Part shown: one piece after another, positions 35,532-49,091 of the stretch
How the letters are laid out: each line of letters starts with the position of its first letter
Numbering within the stretch: the stretch's first letter is position 1
Assembly: GCF_964355755.1 (NCBI RefSeq)
Contig: NC_092677.1
Location: forward strand, 24,725,175-24,789,174
DNA length: 64,000 bases
Source: Antedon mediterranea
Lineage: Eukaryota; Animalia; Echinodermata
Direction: 5' to 3'
The notes under the pieces: model-generated
The model's input: the letters and a program-made list of their open reading frames with translations, nothing else
What the model was told of the DNA's origin: nothing
Databases searched by the model: none
Translations under genes and position numbers: made by a program

Positions 35532-37105
35532 CTTCTTTTGAGATAATCTGAAAAAAATAAAAATAAATGTGTAAGTTTGGGAATTTTTTTAATTGAATAT
35601 TTAAACATTTAATATTCACAATTACATTTACAATATTTAATAGCATACCAAAAGCGAATGAACACCATTTTATACTATACTGTCTGTTGCAAAAATCATG
35701 GAACTAGCTCTGGAAATATTGAAATAGCCTAGGCCTAGGCCTAGAACTTTTTAGGCTAGACTAGTTTAGTTTTGTTAAACTTTTTTTAGAGTGATCAAAT
35801 AACTTATTTTTATTATACTTGCTTGTTGTAGCTAAACTTGAAGTTGTAAAATAAGTTTATTTAGAATTTGATTGTAATATTGTATAGGCCTAGGCCTAGT
35901 TAGTCTGATATTTTTGCAGTACATAACCTAATTATTTTCAGCACAGGCCTACATAAGAAGTAAGCACATTTAATTAACGGGTAGGCGCAGCACGATATCG
36001 CCTTTTGCTGTCTCCTCTCGTCAGTCGTTTTGCTGCCCTTTTCGATACCCTACTACTAGGCCTAGGCCTAACTAGGCACCAGACTCTAGGCCATATGTAA
36101 CACGTAGTAGGCTAACCCGCCTACATACTAACTAACACTATTTTATTAATACTGTCCTAATAATGTACAAACATAATAATATTTAGACTAGCATGTCAAA
36201 AATAGTGGTAATAATAGGCTAGACATACCAGAAACGGCCGTCCCTTTCTTTTATGTCGAGCTGAGCAGCATAACATAGCGGTTCCATTTGTAATGGCGCC
36301 CTCTATTTTTACATCATCACTGTCTAATAATAACTACCTGTATTAATATTATATCTGCATTTTTAGTTTTCATTACTTTATTCATAACAGTTTGTCACAA
36401 ATTCATCGATTCAACAAGGATTTGGTCTTGGGTTCGGTATATTTTCGTGGTGTTTTAAATGTTAAAAAAATGAATAGGAATATGAATTGATCCTCGTCAT
36501 TAATTATTTATAGTTTTGAAACAATATTATTGTCAATTATAAATTATACACAGTATATGGCAGGTCTCACACAGTTAGGCACAAGAAATAACGTGGTGCG
36601 GTTTTCGCAAGAAAAGGAAACAATCCCTGTTCAAGCCACTGAATGAAACAAGGCCTCTATGAAAAACTGGTCAGGTTAAAACATACCCGAGCAACCGTAT
36701 GCACATACGTATGCACAACCGTATGCACATCCTGTGCACATTCGTGTAGGCCTACTCATTTAATGCCTTATGTTCTTCCATTTTTCGTATTGTGTGGCCC
36801 TGAAAAACCACTCAGAAGGATACCGTACGTTTCGGCGTCTAACTTCCAACTCATAGTAACAACAGTTTGTCTATTATCGTTTGGTAGGCCTATTTACAAA
36901 GTCTGGTTGAGTACGCCCTCCTTCTTTCACGTCCTGGCCATACTAACATGTATTGCTTTGAAAAACCCGCCACACCTGACGTGGCATAATGCGCCGTCGC
37001 GCGATTGGTCGAACCACCAAGGTTCGCAATTTACATAATGGTTAGATCCGTCTTGTTATGTTTCCACTAATGCAATACGTTTCCCCGTACGTTTCGTATA
37101 ATAAG

Positions 37106-37295
37106 TTTACCTCCGCCATGGAGATCGTGTAATCGATCGTGTCTGTTTTGTTTGTTAGCAGGATTACTCAAAAAGTTATTGTAAGATCTTTACCAAAATG
37201 AAAATACAGATAGATATTATGTGGTCAAGGACCATTCCATTAAATTTTGGAGGCAAATCTGGACTATGGAGGTATTTATACCTCCATGATCTAGA
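37106..37295 (+). mobile_element. Degenerate Helentron-derived (HINE) element
   Basis: TTTACCTCCGCCA...GTTTGTTAGCAGGATTACTCAAAAAGTTATTG shared with 53733-53938. Confidence 0.55.
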
Positions 37296-38209
37296 TCACT
37301 TCTTAATATTATTTTTCAAACCTGCTAGATAGGACAGAATTTTCAAAAGCCGGCGAGCAGTTAAAGTAACAAGTAAAAACTGAATATGCATTTTCTCGAG
37401 AACTACTTGTCTAAAAAAGTTCATTTTTGTACAAGAGGCAAGAGGTATAATTGTTGCTTTGTAATTTAAAAAAAACATAATTTGATTCAATGTACAGGTT
37501 TTTTGATATGAGTAGTTTAAAAAAACCTATTTCTTTTCAAATTCACTGGTTTGTAATTTCCACTAATTTATTATACTCCGAATATTGATACGGGAATAGA
37601 AACCATACTGATATCGGTCAGTATAATGTTTATAATCCGTTCATGCATTGTTTAGTAAGTGAAATAATGAGTCGCCAACGCATTTTTGAGGCCAATATTT
37701 TTAGGTTTTTCATAGCGCCCTCTATGGTTTTTATAGTATTATATCACCCTCTATAGTTTCATAAAATCTCCCAAAATTTAATTTTCCAAGTTGGGAGGTC
37801 TGACATCCCTAGCTCAGCAGACTGTCCTGTTAAAAACCGTTGTTGGGCTCTTAGCGGCTTAGTTACTTAACCGAGAAAGTTGGTTCCTGGGCCACCAAAG
37901 TTAGCGGTAAAATGTGCAATGAAATCGACTTAACAGGGTAAATAACTAAACGTGATAATTGTCATTTTCATAATCATTATAATAATGAAATCATGTCATA
38001 TACTAATAATTATATAGACAGAAATAATTCACATGAATATCTTTATTTTGACATTAAGGACACAATTATATCTGACAATGGATTTACAATCATTTATCCA
38101 TCGTCCCAAAAATCATATAAAATACCATTATTTCGATAATCTGTACATTAGAGATGCTACAGCTTGCTCTCTATAATTAAAATAGTATAGCATATATCAC
38201 AGTGTTGCT

Positions 38210-39340
38210 ATAGTATCATACTATATAGTATCATACAATAGTATCATACAATAGTATCATACAATAAATCATACAATAGTATCATACAATAGTATCATAC
38301 AATAGTATCATACAATAGTATCATACAATAGTATCATACAATAGTATCATACAATAGTATCATACAATATTATCATACAATATTATCATACAATAGTATC
38401 ATACAATAGTATCATACAATAGTATCATACAATAGTATCATACAATAGTATCATACAATAGTATCATACAATAGTATCATACAATATCATTCTATAGTAT
38501 CATACAATAGTATCATACTATAGTATCATACAATAGTATCATACAATAGTATCATACAATAGTATCATACAATAGTATCATACAATAGTATCATACAATA
38601 GATCATATTATATAACACCTATATAAATTCCTGTCATTTGATTGGACGAATGTGGGTCACATGGCGTGCAATAGTACGCACTATTCAACGATCGTTAAAT
38701 AGTACTTTTTGAAACATTTTTGTGTACGAAAAAAAAACGTCTAGATGTTATATAAAACAAATAATGAATGTTTTGTATTCGTGTAATGGTACAAATAATG
38801 GCACTTGGTGAATGATGAAAGGTTATATCAACTCGGCTTTGCCTCGTTGATATAACCTTTCATCATTCACCTCGTGCCATTATTTGTACCATTGCACTCA
38901 TAAACATTCATTATTTGTATACTATAGTATCATACAATAGTATCATACTATAGTATCATACAATAGTATCATACAATAGTATCATACAATAGTATCATAC
39001 AATAGTATCATACAATAGTATCATACAATAGATCATACTATAGTATCATACAATAGTATCATACTATAGTATCATACAATAGTATCATACAATAGTATCA
39101 TACAATAGTATCATACAATAGTATCATACAATAGTATCATACAATAGATCATACTATAGTATCATACAATAGTATCATACAATAGTATCATACTATAGTA
39201 TCATACAATAGTATCATACAATAGTATCATACAATAGATCATACTATAGTATCATACAATAGTATCATACTATAGTATCATACAATAGTATCATACAATA
39301 TTATCATACAATGTTATCATACAATAGTATCATACTATAG
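38210..39340. repeat. 13-bp minisatellite (tagtatcatacaa)n, interrupted at ~38607-38921
   Basis: Tandem array visible directly. Confidence 0.97.
38607..38921. mobile_element. Fold-back non-autonomous element, possibly CryptonV-like
   Basis: Imperfect ~160-bp hairpin (38757-38918) centred on ACTCGGCTTTGCCTCGT; family name is from recall of similar elements. Confidence 0.5.
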
Positions 39341-40012
39341 AATCTGGGATTAGAAAGGTTCTGTCACAATAAATTTAATTTTAATTTACCCAATGCTATC
39401 TAACGATAGTAGGTTGGTATACACCCTCTGCCCCATTCACTACTAGCTTTAGTAGTGTATGACATGTATTTTGTCTACAATATGGTATAGGAAAATATTG
39501 TAATACATAGTACAACTACTGCAGTGTGCTGCCATGTCCATTGCCACAGAAACATTAAAAACTACACACCTCTGAAACAATTTCTGCTATGCATGTTCAT
39601 CAGAACTGACTAGACTATAGATGCAATAGTTTACTAATAATTTTAGGATTCATTATTCCTTCATTTTCCAAAGCTCCTTCAATTATCACCAAATATGCGA
39701 CATATTTACATACTAAATAATTCCTATTTGAATTATAAGAAAATAAAATTAATTACACATCATATTTTGTCCTCCAGTAGAGGATATATTTTGTAATAAA
39801 CCTTTTTGTTCGTGTGCCTTAACTATTAAATCGTGTGCTAAACATAATTGGTTTAAGGTCCTTTTCACACGAATGTGATTCACATAATTATTTTTGGCTT
39901 AGGATTTATACAATGTTTCTTAAGAACAAAATCATAACAATTAAATAGCACATTTTTCATTTTGGAAAATAACACTTATGCAAACTGAGTTGTCTGGTTA
40001 CACGTAATATAA

Positions 40013-40135
40013 AGCTCTGTCTACACTATCAAACTACCAAATATGGTAGTGATATGCTTAGATATGGTAGTGATATGACATCATCATGTCCATATATGGG
40101 CACATCAAATGTTTTTTGATAGTGAAGACAGAGCT
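40013..40135. mobile_element. AGCTCTGTCTACACTA-family MITE (PIF/Harbinger-like)
   Basis: TIRs with TAA on both sides; core atatggtagtgatatg repeats; partial copies end at 10911 and 20209. Confidence 0.8.
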
Positions 40136-40452
40136 TAAGGTCTCTAACTAAAGACCATCAGTGTGGTTTAATTTGAAATAAATACAAAGGTCAATATTAG
40201 TTTATTCTACACCAGAACTGCTACAGATTACTAAGATTAACAGTTTTTGGTTGGGGACAAAAATTAGTATAATTCTATTTTCTTAAGCTAAATACTTCTT
40301 AAATTAAATGTTTTTGGGAGTCAGGAAATAGTACAGTAGTTTTCAAACATGACCATAAAAGGTCCAGTAAAGTCATTTAATCGAGAACACCAACAGTTAA
40401 TATGCAATTCAAGGCTTTAAAATTTTATTTTAATGATCTACAGGGCATGTGT

Positions 40453-40526
40453 CCCACAATTTCCCCCACAATGCAAATTACCCCCACAATGCAAATTTCC
40501 CCCACAATGCAAATTTCCCCCACAAT
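40453..40526. repeat. 18-bp minisatellite (tttcccccacaatgcaaa), about 4 copies
   Basis: Tandem copies visible directly. Confidence 0.85.
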
Positions 40527-41057
40527 TCAATATTCCCATAATGCCATATTCCCAGAATACAAAGATGGATTTCAAATCTAAAGAACTGAAATATGTCAAC
40601 CCATATATTTACGTGCGAAAATTAATTATACATATTTTAAAAATTCACATTTACATACATTGACTTATATTAGAGAATATTTGATAATCCTGTTGAGTAA
40701 TTTAGTAGTTATTAATAGGTGAAATCAATAAACATTATTGTAATAATTAGGCTTTAAGTCATTCATTATTGATCGGATTTTAATCAATAAACACTAACGA
40801 CGTCGTTCTTATTGAGTGATTGTCATTGCTAATGGAGCGTTCCAATGTTGGATTTACAGGCCGTCCTAATGGACCTGAAAGTGGTTCAAATGATTATCGC
40901 CCAAGCCATGGGATGTATATTGCTAAATCCCTACTAACAAAATTTTATTATTCAGTTATGTTAAGAAATAATCAATTAAATATGTCCTTATTCCTTAAAA
41001 TCTTGAAATAATTACCAGTTTAGGGTTTTTAACGTACTGTTTAGGGTTTAAATCTAT

Positions 41058-41250
41058 GTAAAGGGTGAGTCCCGTGTTCTCTGAACGTAGGGGAATGAGC
41101 TGTTAGGAGCTCATTGTACTACGCCTCGGCATTATGTGGTAGGGTGGCCAGTTCCTTTCCACACCGCCTTTTTTCTCCCTAGTATTTTCAACCAGGTACT
41201 TATTTTACAGCTGAGTGGACTGGGAGTTGTCGGGCATTGAACTCGGGTCT
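41058..41250 (-). mobile_element. SINE fragment (tRNA B-box plus CORE-like body)
   Basis: Minus strand GAGTTCAATGCC followed by GTCCACTCAGCTGTAAAATAAGTACCTG. Confidence 0.45.
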
Positions 41251-41468
41251 ATCTATGTATATCTGTAATATTCTGTATAGTAGTAGATGTAAAATTTGTG
41301 GCATTACATTAAAGTAAAATTGCTCCTTTAGCACACCCCTAATCAGGGGACCCTTTATTATAGGGACATCCCATCAAGGGGGTACATTCCACAGAAACAA
41401 ACGAGGGGCAGTGTATTTTTTATCACTACATCAAATTACACTCCAATATGGGAACACTTCGTCTCAAA

Positions 41469-41626
41469 AGTGTACACATCTAGCTCGTGTGCACTTTAAA
41501 GAACCTAGTACATCTTTCGAGACGAGTAGGGGGTTACCCCGGTGTGTTAGTACATCACAGCCACTGATCACCAACTGGGCCCTCTGGGAGACCAGTCTTT
41601 GACTGAAGAGGTTACCCAGTATAAAT
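41469..41626 (+). mobile_element. 5'-truncated Deu/Nin-domain SINE
   Basis: TTTAAAGAACC..TTTCGAGACGAGTAGGGGGTTACCCCGGTGT; nearly identical to the reverse complement of 63612-63760. Confidence 0.75.
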
Positions 41627-41694
41627 ATATATTTCAATCAAAAAGGTGTTCAATTAACAGGGGTTCAATTGTAGTTAAGAAATAAGTAAACTAA

Positions 41695-41851
41695 AGCTCT
41701 GTCTACACTATCAAACAAGTTCGACAAAAAAAAGTATGTGCTCAAATATGGTGGTGATATGCTTAAATATGCTAGTGATATGACATCATCATGTCTATAT
41801 ATGGGCACATCACATTTTTTAGTCACAAAGTTTGATAGTGTGGACAGAGCT
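41695..41851. mobile_element. AGCTCTGTCTACACTA-family MITE
   Basis: Both TIRs present, TWA flanks. Confidence 0.8.
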
Positions 41852-42276
41852 TTACCGCTAATTAAAGTACTATTATATTCAGTTGTTGATGCCCCTGGTA
41901 CTTAATGTGAGATAGCCATGTATTCAACAAAAGCATATGGATGATTAAAGTATAAAGATATTTTATCTCTACAATCAAAGATAACCTATAACAGTATTTA
42001 TATTTTTTCAGAGATACATTATAACTATCTGAAGAGTTAAAAATAGCAAATAAAATAATGATTTATAAAAAACTTAAAATATGAGGCCTAAAAATTATAT
42101 AAATACTACGCAAAAAAGTAGCACAAATATTGTAGCAAATTCATTCAATGTGACCGGTAGCATGTAGAAAATTAAGCAATGTTGTGAGATCAAAATTGTT
42201 TATATCACACAAACAGAATGACCTGTAGCAAAGCAGATTGCAAACAATCGTGAACAACCTCATTCAATAAACTTAT

Positions 42277-42492
42277 GGATCATCATGTCAAAATTATTCT
42301 AGATTACTGCAGTAACTACTTATTTTACTGCAATAATGCATGATTTTAATTTGTTTATGAGGCAGCCGCTGCAATAAACAGTGTGTATGATTGCCCCAAA
42401 AAAATTCTTGCAAAATAATTTAATAAACATGTTAAAGAGTAACAACATGTAATACTGCAGTAACTGCAGAAGAATCATTTTGACATGGTGTC
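42277..42492. mobile_element. MITE-like repeat, with an inverted copy at ~11905-12058
   Basis: Ends catgtcaaaattattct / agaatcattttgacatg; body matches the intronic copy in gene C. Confidence 0.5.
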
Positions 42493-42495
42493 TTA

Positions 42496-42865
42496 AGCCG
42501 ATTTTCCACTAGGCGAATTTGTTTGCGTGAATCAAAAGCGTCATGCTCTGCGCATGCGTATTCTAGTTTCTGTCTGTCATACTCCCTTCTGCGACGAATT
42601 CTAGTTCCTTTAGTTTTCGCTTCAGCGAAATTTACTAGTTCGAATTGTTTCTACTTTTTGCGAAGCGAAATATTGCGCCACCAATCAGAGCTCATGAAAT
42701 GAGCTATGACGCTTTCATGAGCACTCATGCGAATCGAAATGCTCAGCAACCACGCGAGGAACATGAACGTCGCAGCTATTCACTCATGTAGTGGAAAGAG
42801 AGTAGGCGATTTTTTTCTCTTCGAAACGTTGGATTCGCGCGAACAAATTTGCCTAGTGGAAGCGG
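42496..42865. mobile_element. PIF/Harbinger-like MITE
   Basis: TTCCACTAGGCGAATTTGTTTGCGTGAATC ... GATTCGCGCGAACAAATTTGCCTAGTGGAA inverted ends. Confidence 0.65.
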
Positions 42866-43009
42866 TAAACTCAAGGAAGCGGTAAACTGAGACTCGTATC
42901 TATCTTCTAATATAAAAGATAAACTGGCCATTTGAAGACTCCCATTTAAATTTCTGAACTCTACAGTAATACAGCAAGATTCTTATAATGTGCGTCAATA
43001 TATAACTTA

Positions 43010-43168
43010 AGCTGTCTACACTTTATGTGACAAAAAAAGGGATGTGCCCATATATGGATATGATGGTGTCATACCACTATATATAACCATATTTGTGCAT
43101 ATTGCTATCATATTTGGGCAAATCACTACCATATTTTGTCAATTTAGTTTGATAGTGTAGACAGAGCT
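43010..43168. mobile_element. AGCTCTGTCTACACTA-family MITE
   Basis: Degenerate left TIR, intact right TIR. Confidence 0.7.
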
Positions 43169-43301
43169 TTATAGTCAAATTACAGTGACTGGAGAAAATA
43201 TGAATTTTTGGTTGGGGGAGAAGATCTGCTGTTAAATCTATGTACAAAAGAACTTAGTACTACGATGGATGTTCTCTGCAGGATTGGTGAGTTGTGATTG
43301 G

Positions 43302-43368
43302 TCACTTCACCGTGTGTGCCATTGATGCATTTGTAGTGGATGCCGCCACCCATGCTGTAAAGACATCC
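43302..43368 (-). CDS. TOX4: TOX-family HMG-box protein (TOX4-like), last coding exon
   Basis: Phase-2 exon (R)DVFTAWVAASTTNASMAHTVK*, resembling the TOX4 end RDVFLAWVASR. Confidence 0.88.
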
Positions 43369-43827
43369 CTGTAATGAGAAGACAACACGAAAACAATTAA
43401 AAACTATTCTTTTTATAAATTTGTTTAAAATATTAACAAAGTGGATCAGAAATCACAATTGAATACAATTGCCATTTTTGATTGGCAAACATTTGGACTT
43501 TTAAAAATTTAAATGGTAATGGTAAAATCCCTGATGCCAAAGTTCTCAATCAAATAAGACAATTATAATAGATTTTAAAAGAAAAAAATAAATAAATCTA
43601 TACAAATTAATATTAAGATATGAATATTATCAGTTCTCTATATTTCTCTTTTGAAATTTTTTTATGACTACTGATAAATTTGAATGTAAATTAATCTTTA
43701 AATCAATTTTTCACACTGTATATGGGCACATTTATATATGCATTATGAAAAAAACACAATTTTTTTAAATTCAAATGACAGCATGCAACATAGTCACAGA
43801 TTATGGTATCTAAAAAATTGTATATTA

Positions 43828-43978
43828 AGCTCTGTTTACACTATCAAACTTTATGTGACAAAAAAATGTGATTTGCCCATATGAATGTCATATCACTACC
43901 ATATTTGGGCATATCATTACCACATTTGGGCACATCACACCTTTTTTGTCAAACTAGTTTGATATTGTAGACAGAGAT
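43828..43978. mobile_element. AGCTCTGTCTACACTA-family MITE in a TOX intron
   Basis: TIRs and core repeats recognisable. Confidence 0.75.
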
Positions 43979-44550
43979 TTATATATATTTATATACTGTA
44001 TGTACCATTTTTTAAACACATAAATATTTATTCCATTTTCACAACAGAATTTGCACAATCAAGTAAAGTTGAAATCACAATTACAAAAACGCCACACAGC
44101 TTAAAAAAAGTGTATTGAAGATGAAAATGATGCCCAATAAATGATAAAATGGATCTTCATTCTGTGCCTGTAATGTTTATACAGAACTTGTATATGTTTT
44201 AATAATGTATACAGAAAAATGAAACAAAAGTAGGAAGAGCCCATAAAAGACAAATAAAAAAGGAAATTACTAAAGAGATCTTATGACAATATTTACAAAT
44301 ATACCAACTCACAACAGCTAGCAAAACAGAGTTACATAAATGACAGAATTTACTATAAATATACTATAAAAATGTAACATTTTTTTCTAAATCATATATT
44401 GAATAATTTACAAGAAAAACCATTTGTAACTATAAACAAAAATATGCAAAACAACACATTACCCATCATGCAAATGACGTGACAACATCAACTAATGTTG
44501 AACATGCAGCATCAACATATCTACACAGAGAACGCAAGTAAGAATCTTAC

Positions 44551-44678
44551 CTACAATGACTAACAACGCACTCGTTACTGCAGTACTCGTTGTCCCACTC
44601 CGGTGAGATGATTGCTGGTTTATTGCATCCGCTACGTGTGCACATCGCAGCTGATAAACCGTTTGAGCCAACACCCTG
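44551..44678 (-). CDS. TOX4: TOX4-like exon with C-terminal Cys motif
   Basis: [43 protein letters not shown], compare TOX4 [22 protein letters not shown]; ag|...AG|gtaaga. Confidence 0.9.
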
Positions 44679-44714
44679 CTAGAAAAAATTATATTGTTTT
44701 ATTCGGTTCTTATT

Positions 44715-44945
44715 CATTATTATTAATTATTTATAAAGCGCCTTTCAAGAAGATCAAAGCGCTGTGTACAGAGAGATTAACAGAAACCCCAACAAAATTA
44801 AAAAGCTACTTAGGGAACAAAAACGTTTTGAGATGTTTTTTAAAATGACAATGAGAACATGGAGCCTGTCGAATATCTAAAGGGATGCTGTTCCAAAGTT
44901 TTGAGCTATGGACAGAGAACGTACGGTCGCCAAAAAAATTATTGT
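44715..44945 (-). mobile_element. L2 LINE 3' end
   Basis: FGDRTFSVHSSKLWNSIPLDIRQA..FKKHLKTFLF plus 3' stem AGCGCTTT..AAAGGCGCT and AAT tail. Confidence 0.82.
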
Positions 44946-45125
44946 AGCAGGGACAGAAAAGCGTAAATTTTCGATGGATGATCAATAAATATTGAGAAAA
45001 CATACCAGGAGCTTAAATAGCTTATTTCAATCGGTCCTAGCAAAAAATGTATGTAATATTAAGGTGTCCCTTTAACAGAGGTTCTATTGTTCAATAGGGG
45101 AGGAGTTAATAATAGATTACTGTAC

Positions 45126-45380
45126 CATTTGTGACATCATCATTGGGTCACCAGGTAATTGTTGATAGCTCATTGGTGGCATTGGAGCACCAATCGGATT
45201 CTGTACCATATGAGGATGCATGCCCTGTTGTGACATCGACACAGCTCCCGACATATTGTGTGGTGGCTTTGGTGCGATGATCCTCGGCATTGAATGAGGA
45301 GGAAGGGCCGTCGTGGGTGACAATGATACTTTTTTTTGTTTCGTGGGTGATTTTTCTGCTTCGACTTGATCTACCGCAGC
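45126..45380 (-). CDS. TOX4: TOX4-like Pro/Met/Gln-rich exon
   Basis: 255-nt phase 0-0 exon AAVDQVEAEKSP...IIAPKPP...MMMSQM|gtacag; donor chosen to fit the phase of the next exon. Confidence 0.82.
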
Positions 45381-45630
45381 CTATAAGATTTAACATAGAA
45401 TATTTTAGCTAAATTAAAATCTCATTACATTTTTTTTTATTCAAAACAAAGTGGAATGCAAATAATGTCTAGTTTTTAACTCACAAATTTTTTCTGTAAT
45501 CATTTAAATTTTACATTGTTTCAAGTTAAATGAACAAAACGGGTTTTTCATAATATGTATCGACAAAGGGTAAAATATTTAAAACGTGGTCTGATGATTA
45601 GAAAACATAAATAATGAAAAGCATGGATAC

Positions 45631-45711
45631 CTTTGAAACAAGACTAGCTCTATATGCTGCCAATTTCTTTAAATATTCTTTCTTAGCAACTTCTGTTCTC
45701 TGTTTGTAGGC
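45631..45711 (-). CDS. TOX4: TOX4-like HMG box, C-terminal helix exon
   Basis: [27 protein letters not shown], 81 nt, canonical splice sites. Confidence 0.93.
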
Positions 45712-46537
45712 CTGAAAAGTAAAACGAAAAAATAATATTAAAACAGAACAAAGAACAACAGTTTTTACATTTTCATTCTTTCATATTCTGAATTCAATAT
45801 TTGAAATGAATTGCACAATACAGATGATTAGAAAATGTCATAATAAATCAAAGTTGTCGCGCATGAATGAACATTTCCCAGAATGCAATATCAAATGATT
45901 GATTATGTTGCAAACATTACTACGATTGATTGAAAGGTTATGAGTTGAACGTTCTTTTCCCGTCAGTAATGATCAAAACATATCTTGTTTCTGACGAACA
46001 TGTATTTACAAAGCGGCAGTATTGGAGGCATTTAATGAAGTACTTACTTCATGTATGTTAACGTAGCCAACCTGTTCGCGATAGTATACAGATAACTTGA
46101 TATGTTACGTAATTAATGTAATCCAACAGGGAAATGTCATATATGTCAACAGTGATGCTTGTACAAATGGAAAGTAAAAAGAATACTATACACAAGCCAA
46201 ACTTTAATGAAGTTTTAAAAGTTTGTTATCAACAAAATCAAGAAAAACGGTTTTAGGTATTAGTAGCACGCACTCTTGCGGTTTAGGCTGCCTGGTGCGT
46301 AAAACTGTGAACAGACCTAATAAGGTGTTTGCTTATACCATTACCAGAATATTTGTTTAGGTCCAAACATTTCCAAATTCTTTTTTACCATTCAAAGAAT
46401 AAAAAAACAGAATATTTGGAGATCAGACAAATTACTTTTTAAGCATTTTATCGTGTTTTAAGTTTTTTTGCAATAATTTGTGTGTATTCTATGTATTAAT
46501 TTTTGTTTATATTTTAATGTTCATTGCCTAATGTGTT

Positions 46538-46569
<32 letters not shown>

Positions 46570-47279
46570 TCTGTTTTTATCGTACTAATAATTGCCAACC
46601 TTTAAGAAGAATTTATATTGTTATTTTATTATGATAATGGACAAAATAAAGCTTTTCAGTATTAAAGATGTATTGTCTCCCAAAACATGAAAAATGAAGA
46701 TTAATTAAATCAGACTTTGAATATGTTATTTTGTAATTTTAATAAAGTTAATCACTTCCATAGGTAAAAAAAAACGAAAAAAAATATACCATTTTAGTTA
46801 AACAACTCCCGTAGTTTATTAGTGTTAAATTTATTGAAAACTATAAACTATATTAACTTTTGTTATACACAGTCATTTCTTTTCCTTTGTTTGCAGTTTT
46901 TGCTGGGCTTTCAACTCCTGATTGTATTGATTTTTGATTACCGAGTAATTTACAAATGAATGCATGAACAATAAACAAATCAAGTTAGCTGCAAATATAT
47001 AGATTTCTTAATTGAATTTGTTTGAAATTGTTGAATTGCAGAACATAATGAATTCATTATAATTGCCTACAAAAGAAATTTCTCCAATTAAATAATAAAA
47101 TTATGCATAATTAAAAATCTATTCCTATTCTAGTTTTTTGTAATAAAATTGATTACATTTTTCATTGATTGGCCACGGCAAATCAACAATTCTGCCAATT
47201 AAGTTTATAATTATAATTTTTTTCTTTTAAAACACGATTGTTGTAGTTTCGTTTAATGAAAAATAGATAAATAAATTAC

Positions 47280-47507
47280 CTGTTTTTGCTCAACATCAAG
47301 ACTATCCCACATGGACGCCACAATCTTTGACACTTCACCGAATGTCGCGTTCGGATTTTGACCCTTAATAGCTGCTTGAGTGTCGCGGAAAAACAACGCA
47401 TAAGCAGAGACGGGTTTCTGTGGCTCGTTGGGGTCCTTTTTCTTTTTTCTTTTTGTAGGTCTTTTCTTTTCCTTTACTTCTTTCTCAGCAGCTTTCTTTG
47501 CAACATA
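47280..47507 (-). CDS. TOX4: TOX4-like NLS + HMG box exon
   Basis: [50 protein letters not shown], the TOX-family signature. Confidence 0.96.
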
Positions 47508-47819
47508 CTGTGAATTATTTAACATAAGATTAAATTTCAAAGAATCACAATCAATCAATCATAAATCATGTATTTCCAAAAAATGGTGGGGTCACTATGC
47601 AGCTATAAACTTTAAAGCACCACAATGAACGAGTATGATGATGTTTCAAAGTAAGTAAAATTAGGAATGGAAGTAGCTAAACTTAGGTCCAAGCATTAGC
47701 AGGCCCAATGCAACAACTATTAGAGGTTCCATTAAAAGTGCTAAACCAGGGACCTTTGACCCATGCTTGGCGTCTCTGAACATGGTGTTCTTTGACAAAG
47801 TATCTTATCTATTCAGTAC

Positions 47820-48647
47820 CTGTGCTAAAGGTGTGTTATCATCACTGTCATCACTCGTTGACTCTTTCACTGGTGAGCTTTTAGTGCTACTACTAGGTGA
47901 CGATCTATGTGTCAAGTGTTCCATCCCTGGCATCAATGGTCTACCCTGCATGCGGCCTAACTGCATTCCTAGCTGATCATTCAGTGCAGAGTGACTGATT
48001 GTTGAGAACTGGCTAAGAGGTTGTTCATGACTGTACACATTAGGGGCGTTATGGAATGTGGTTGAAGGAACTGTGCTGAAACTAGCCTGGGACATCGACG
48101 AACTCACAGGACCGTGCCTGAAGAATGGGTCGTTTTCTGTGATTGGTGGAATGAAGACATTCTGCGGGGGGAACTGTGGGTTGACAGCGGCGTGGGAGAA
48201 ACCTGCACCAGTTGTGGAGGGAAGCGCTTCTGTCATGTGGGTCAGTGGTTGTGTATACTGCATCGTTGTACTGGTGTAATTTGAGGTGATTACTGGTTGT
48301 GACATTGCTGGGGACATCCCTGACCCTGGAGGTGACAACCTAGATCCTGCTGGCGACATCCCTGGAGCGGCTGGTGGTATGCCGGCTCCGGGTTGTGGCA
48401 TCGTGTTTCCTGCCGGTGGCATACCTGTTCCACCTTGTGGCATACCTCCACTGCTTTGTGACAGAGGCATTCCTTGTGAATTGTCACGATTCTCTCCAGG
48501 AAAACTGGCCTCTGCTAATGAATCTCTGAAACTGGTGGACACTGGTGCAGAACCATCAAACGGCATGCTGGAGATGTTGCTAGTGGCTGGTGGTGAGATG
48601 TGTGGGATGTTAAAATCTTCATCTCCAAAATTAGGAGCGTGAAATGC
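47820..48647 (-). CDS. TOX4: TOX4-like N-terminal transactivation-region exon
   Basis: 828-nt phase 0-0 exon starting AFHAPNFGDEDFNIPHISPP (compare TOX TFHTPSLGDEEFEIPPI). Confidence 0.92.
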
Positions 48648-49091
48648 CTAGGAAAAAAGTAGAAAAGACTGTCATCGTGGTTTGAGACAAGAAGAGTTTT
48701 TAATAGTATGTAACTGAGGCAGGGTCTATTACAGAAGAATTTGCAAGTAGTCCGCCTATCTCCAAAGTAAGAAGCCTTTTGCCATTTATCCCCCTGACTA
48801 CCAAAATAAATATAATTTATATAGATATATAGATGCTGCCACCAACGATAAATTAAATCTCTGTAGTAATAATATTATGACAGGCACCAATGTAAACAAA
48901 ACGTTCTGATTATGAAAAAAGCAAAGTGTGGATTGAGGATAATTGAGTGTTGGAAGAAATCTCAAACGAATATTTATTATTATAATAACGTGGAATCCAT
49001 TTGTAATGTTCTTTTGTTTTTAATAGTAATTTACGACTGCTGTTTTCTAACAAACCACAGATAAAAATCAGCAAAATTTTAAAAACTGTTA

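Larger units (their letters stand above)
14500..37690. repeat. Tandem segmental duplication: ~14.5-23.45 kb (gene D) versus ~23.9-37.7 kb (gene E)
   Basis: Collinear matching blocks, e.g. 14631 vs 24333, 16490 vs 25566, 21290 vs 36310, 22950 vs 36805, 23345 vs 37583, plus all five coding exons. Confidence 0.88.

Noticed and set aside
48058-48642. Plus-strand ORFs opposite the large TOX exon
   Set aside because: Antisense shadows of a GC-richer low-complexity coding exon
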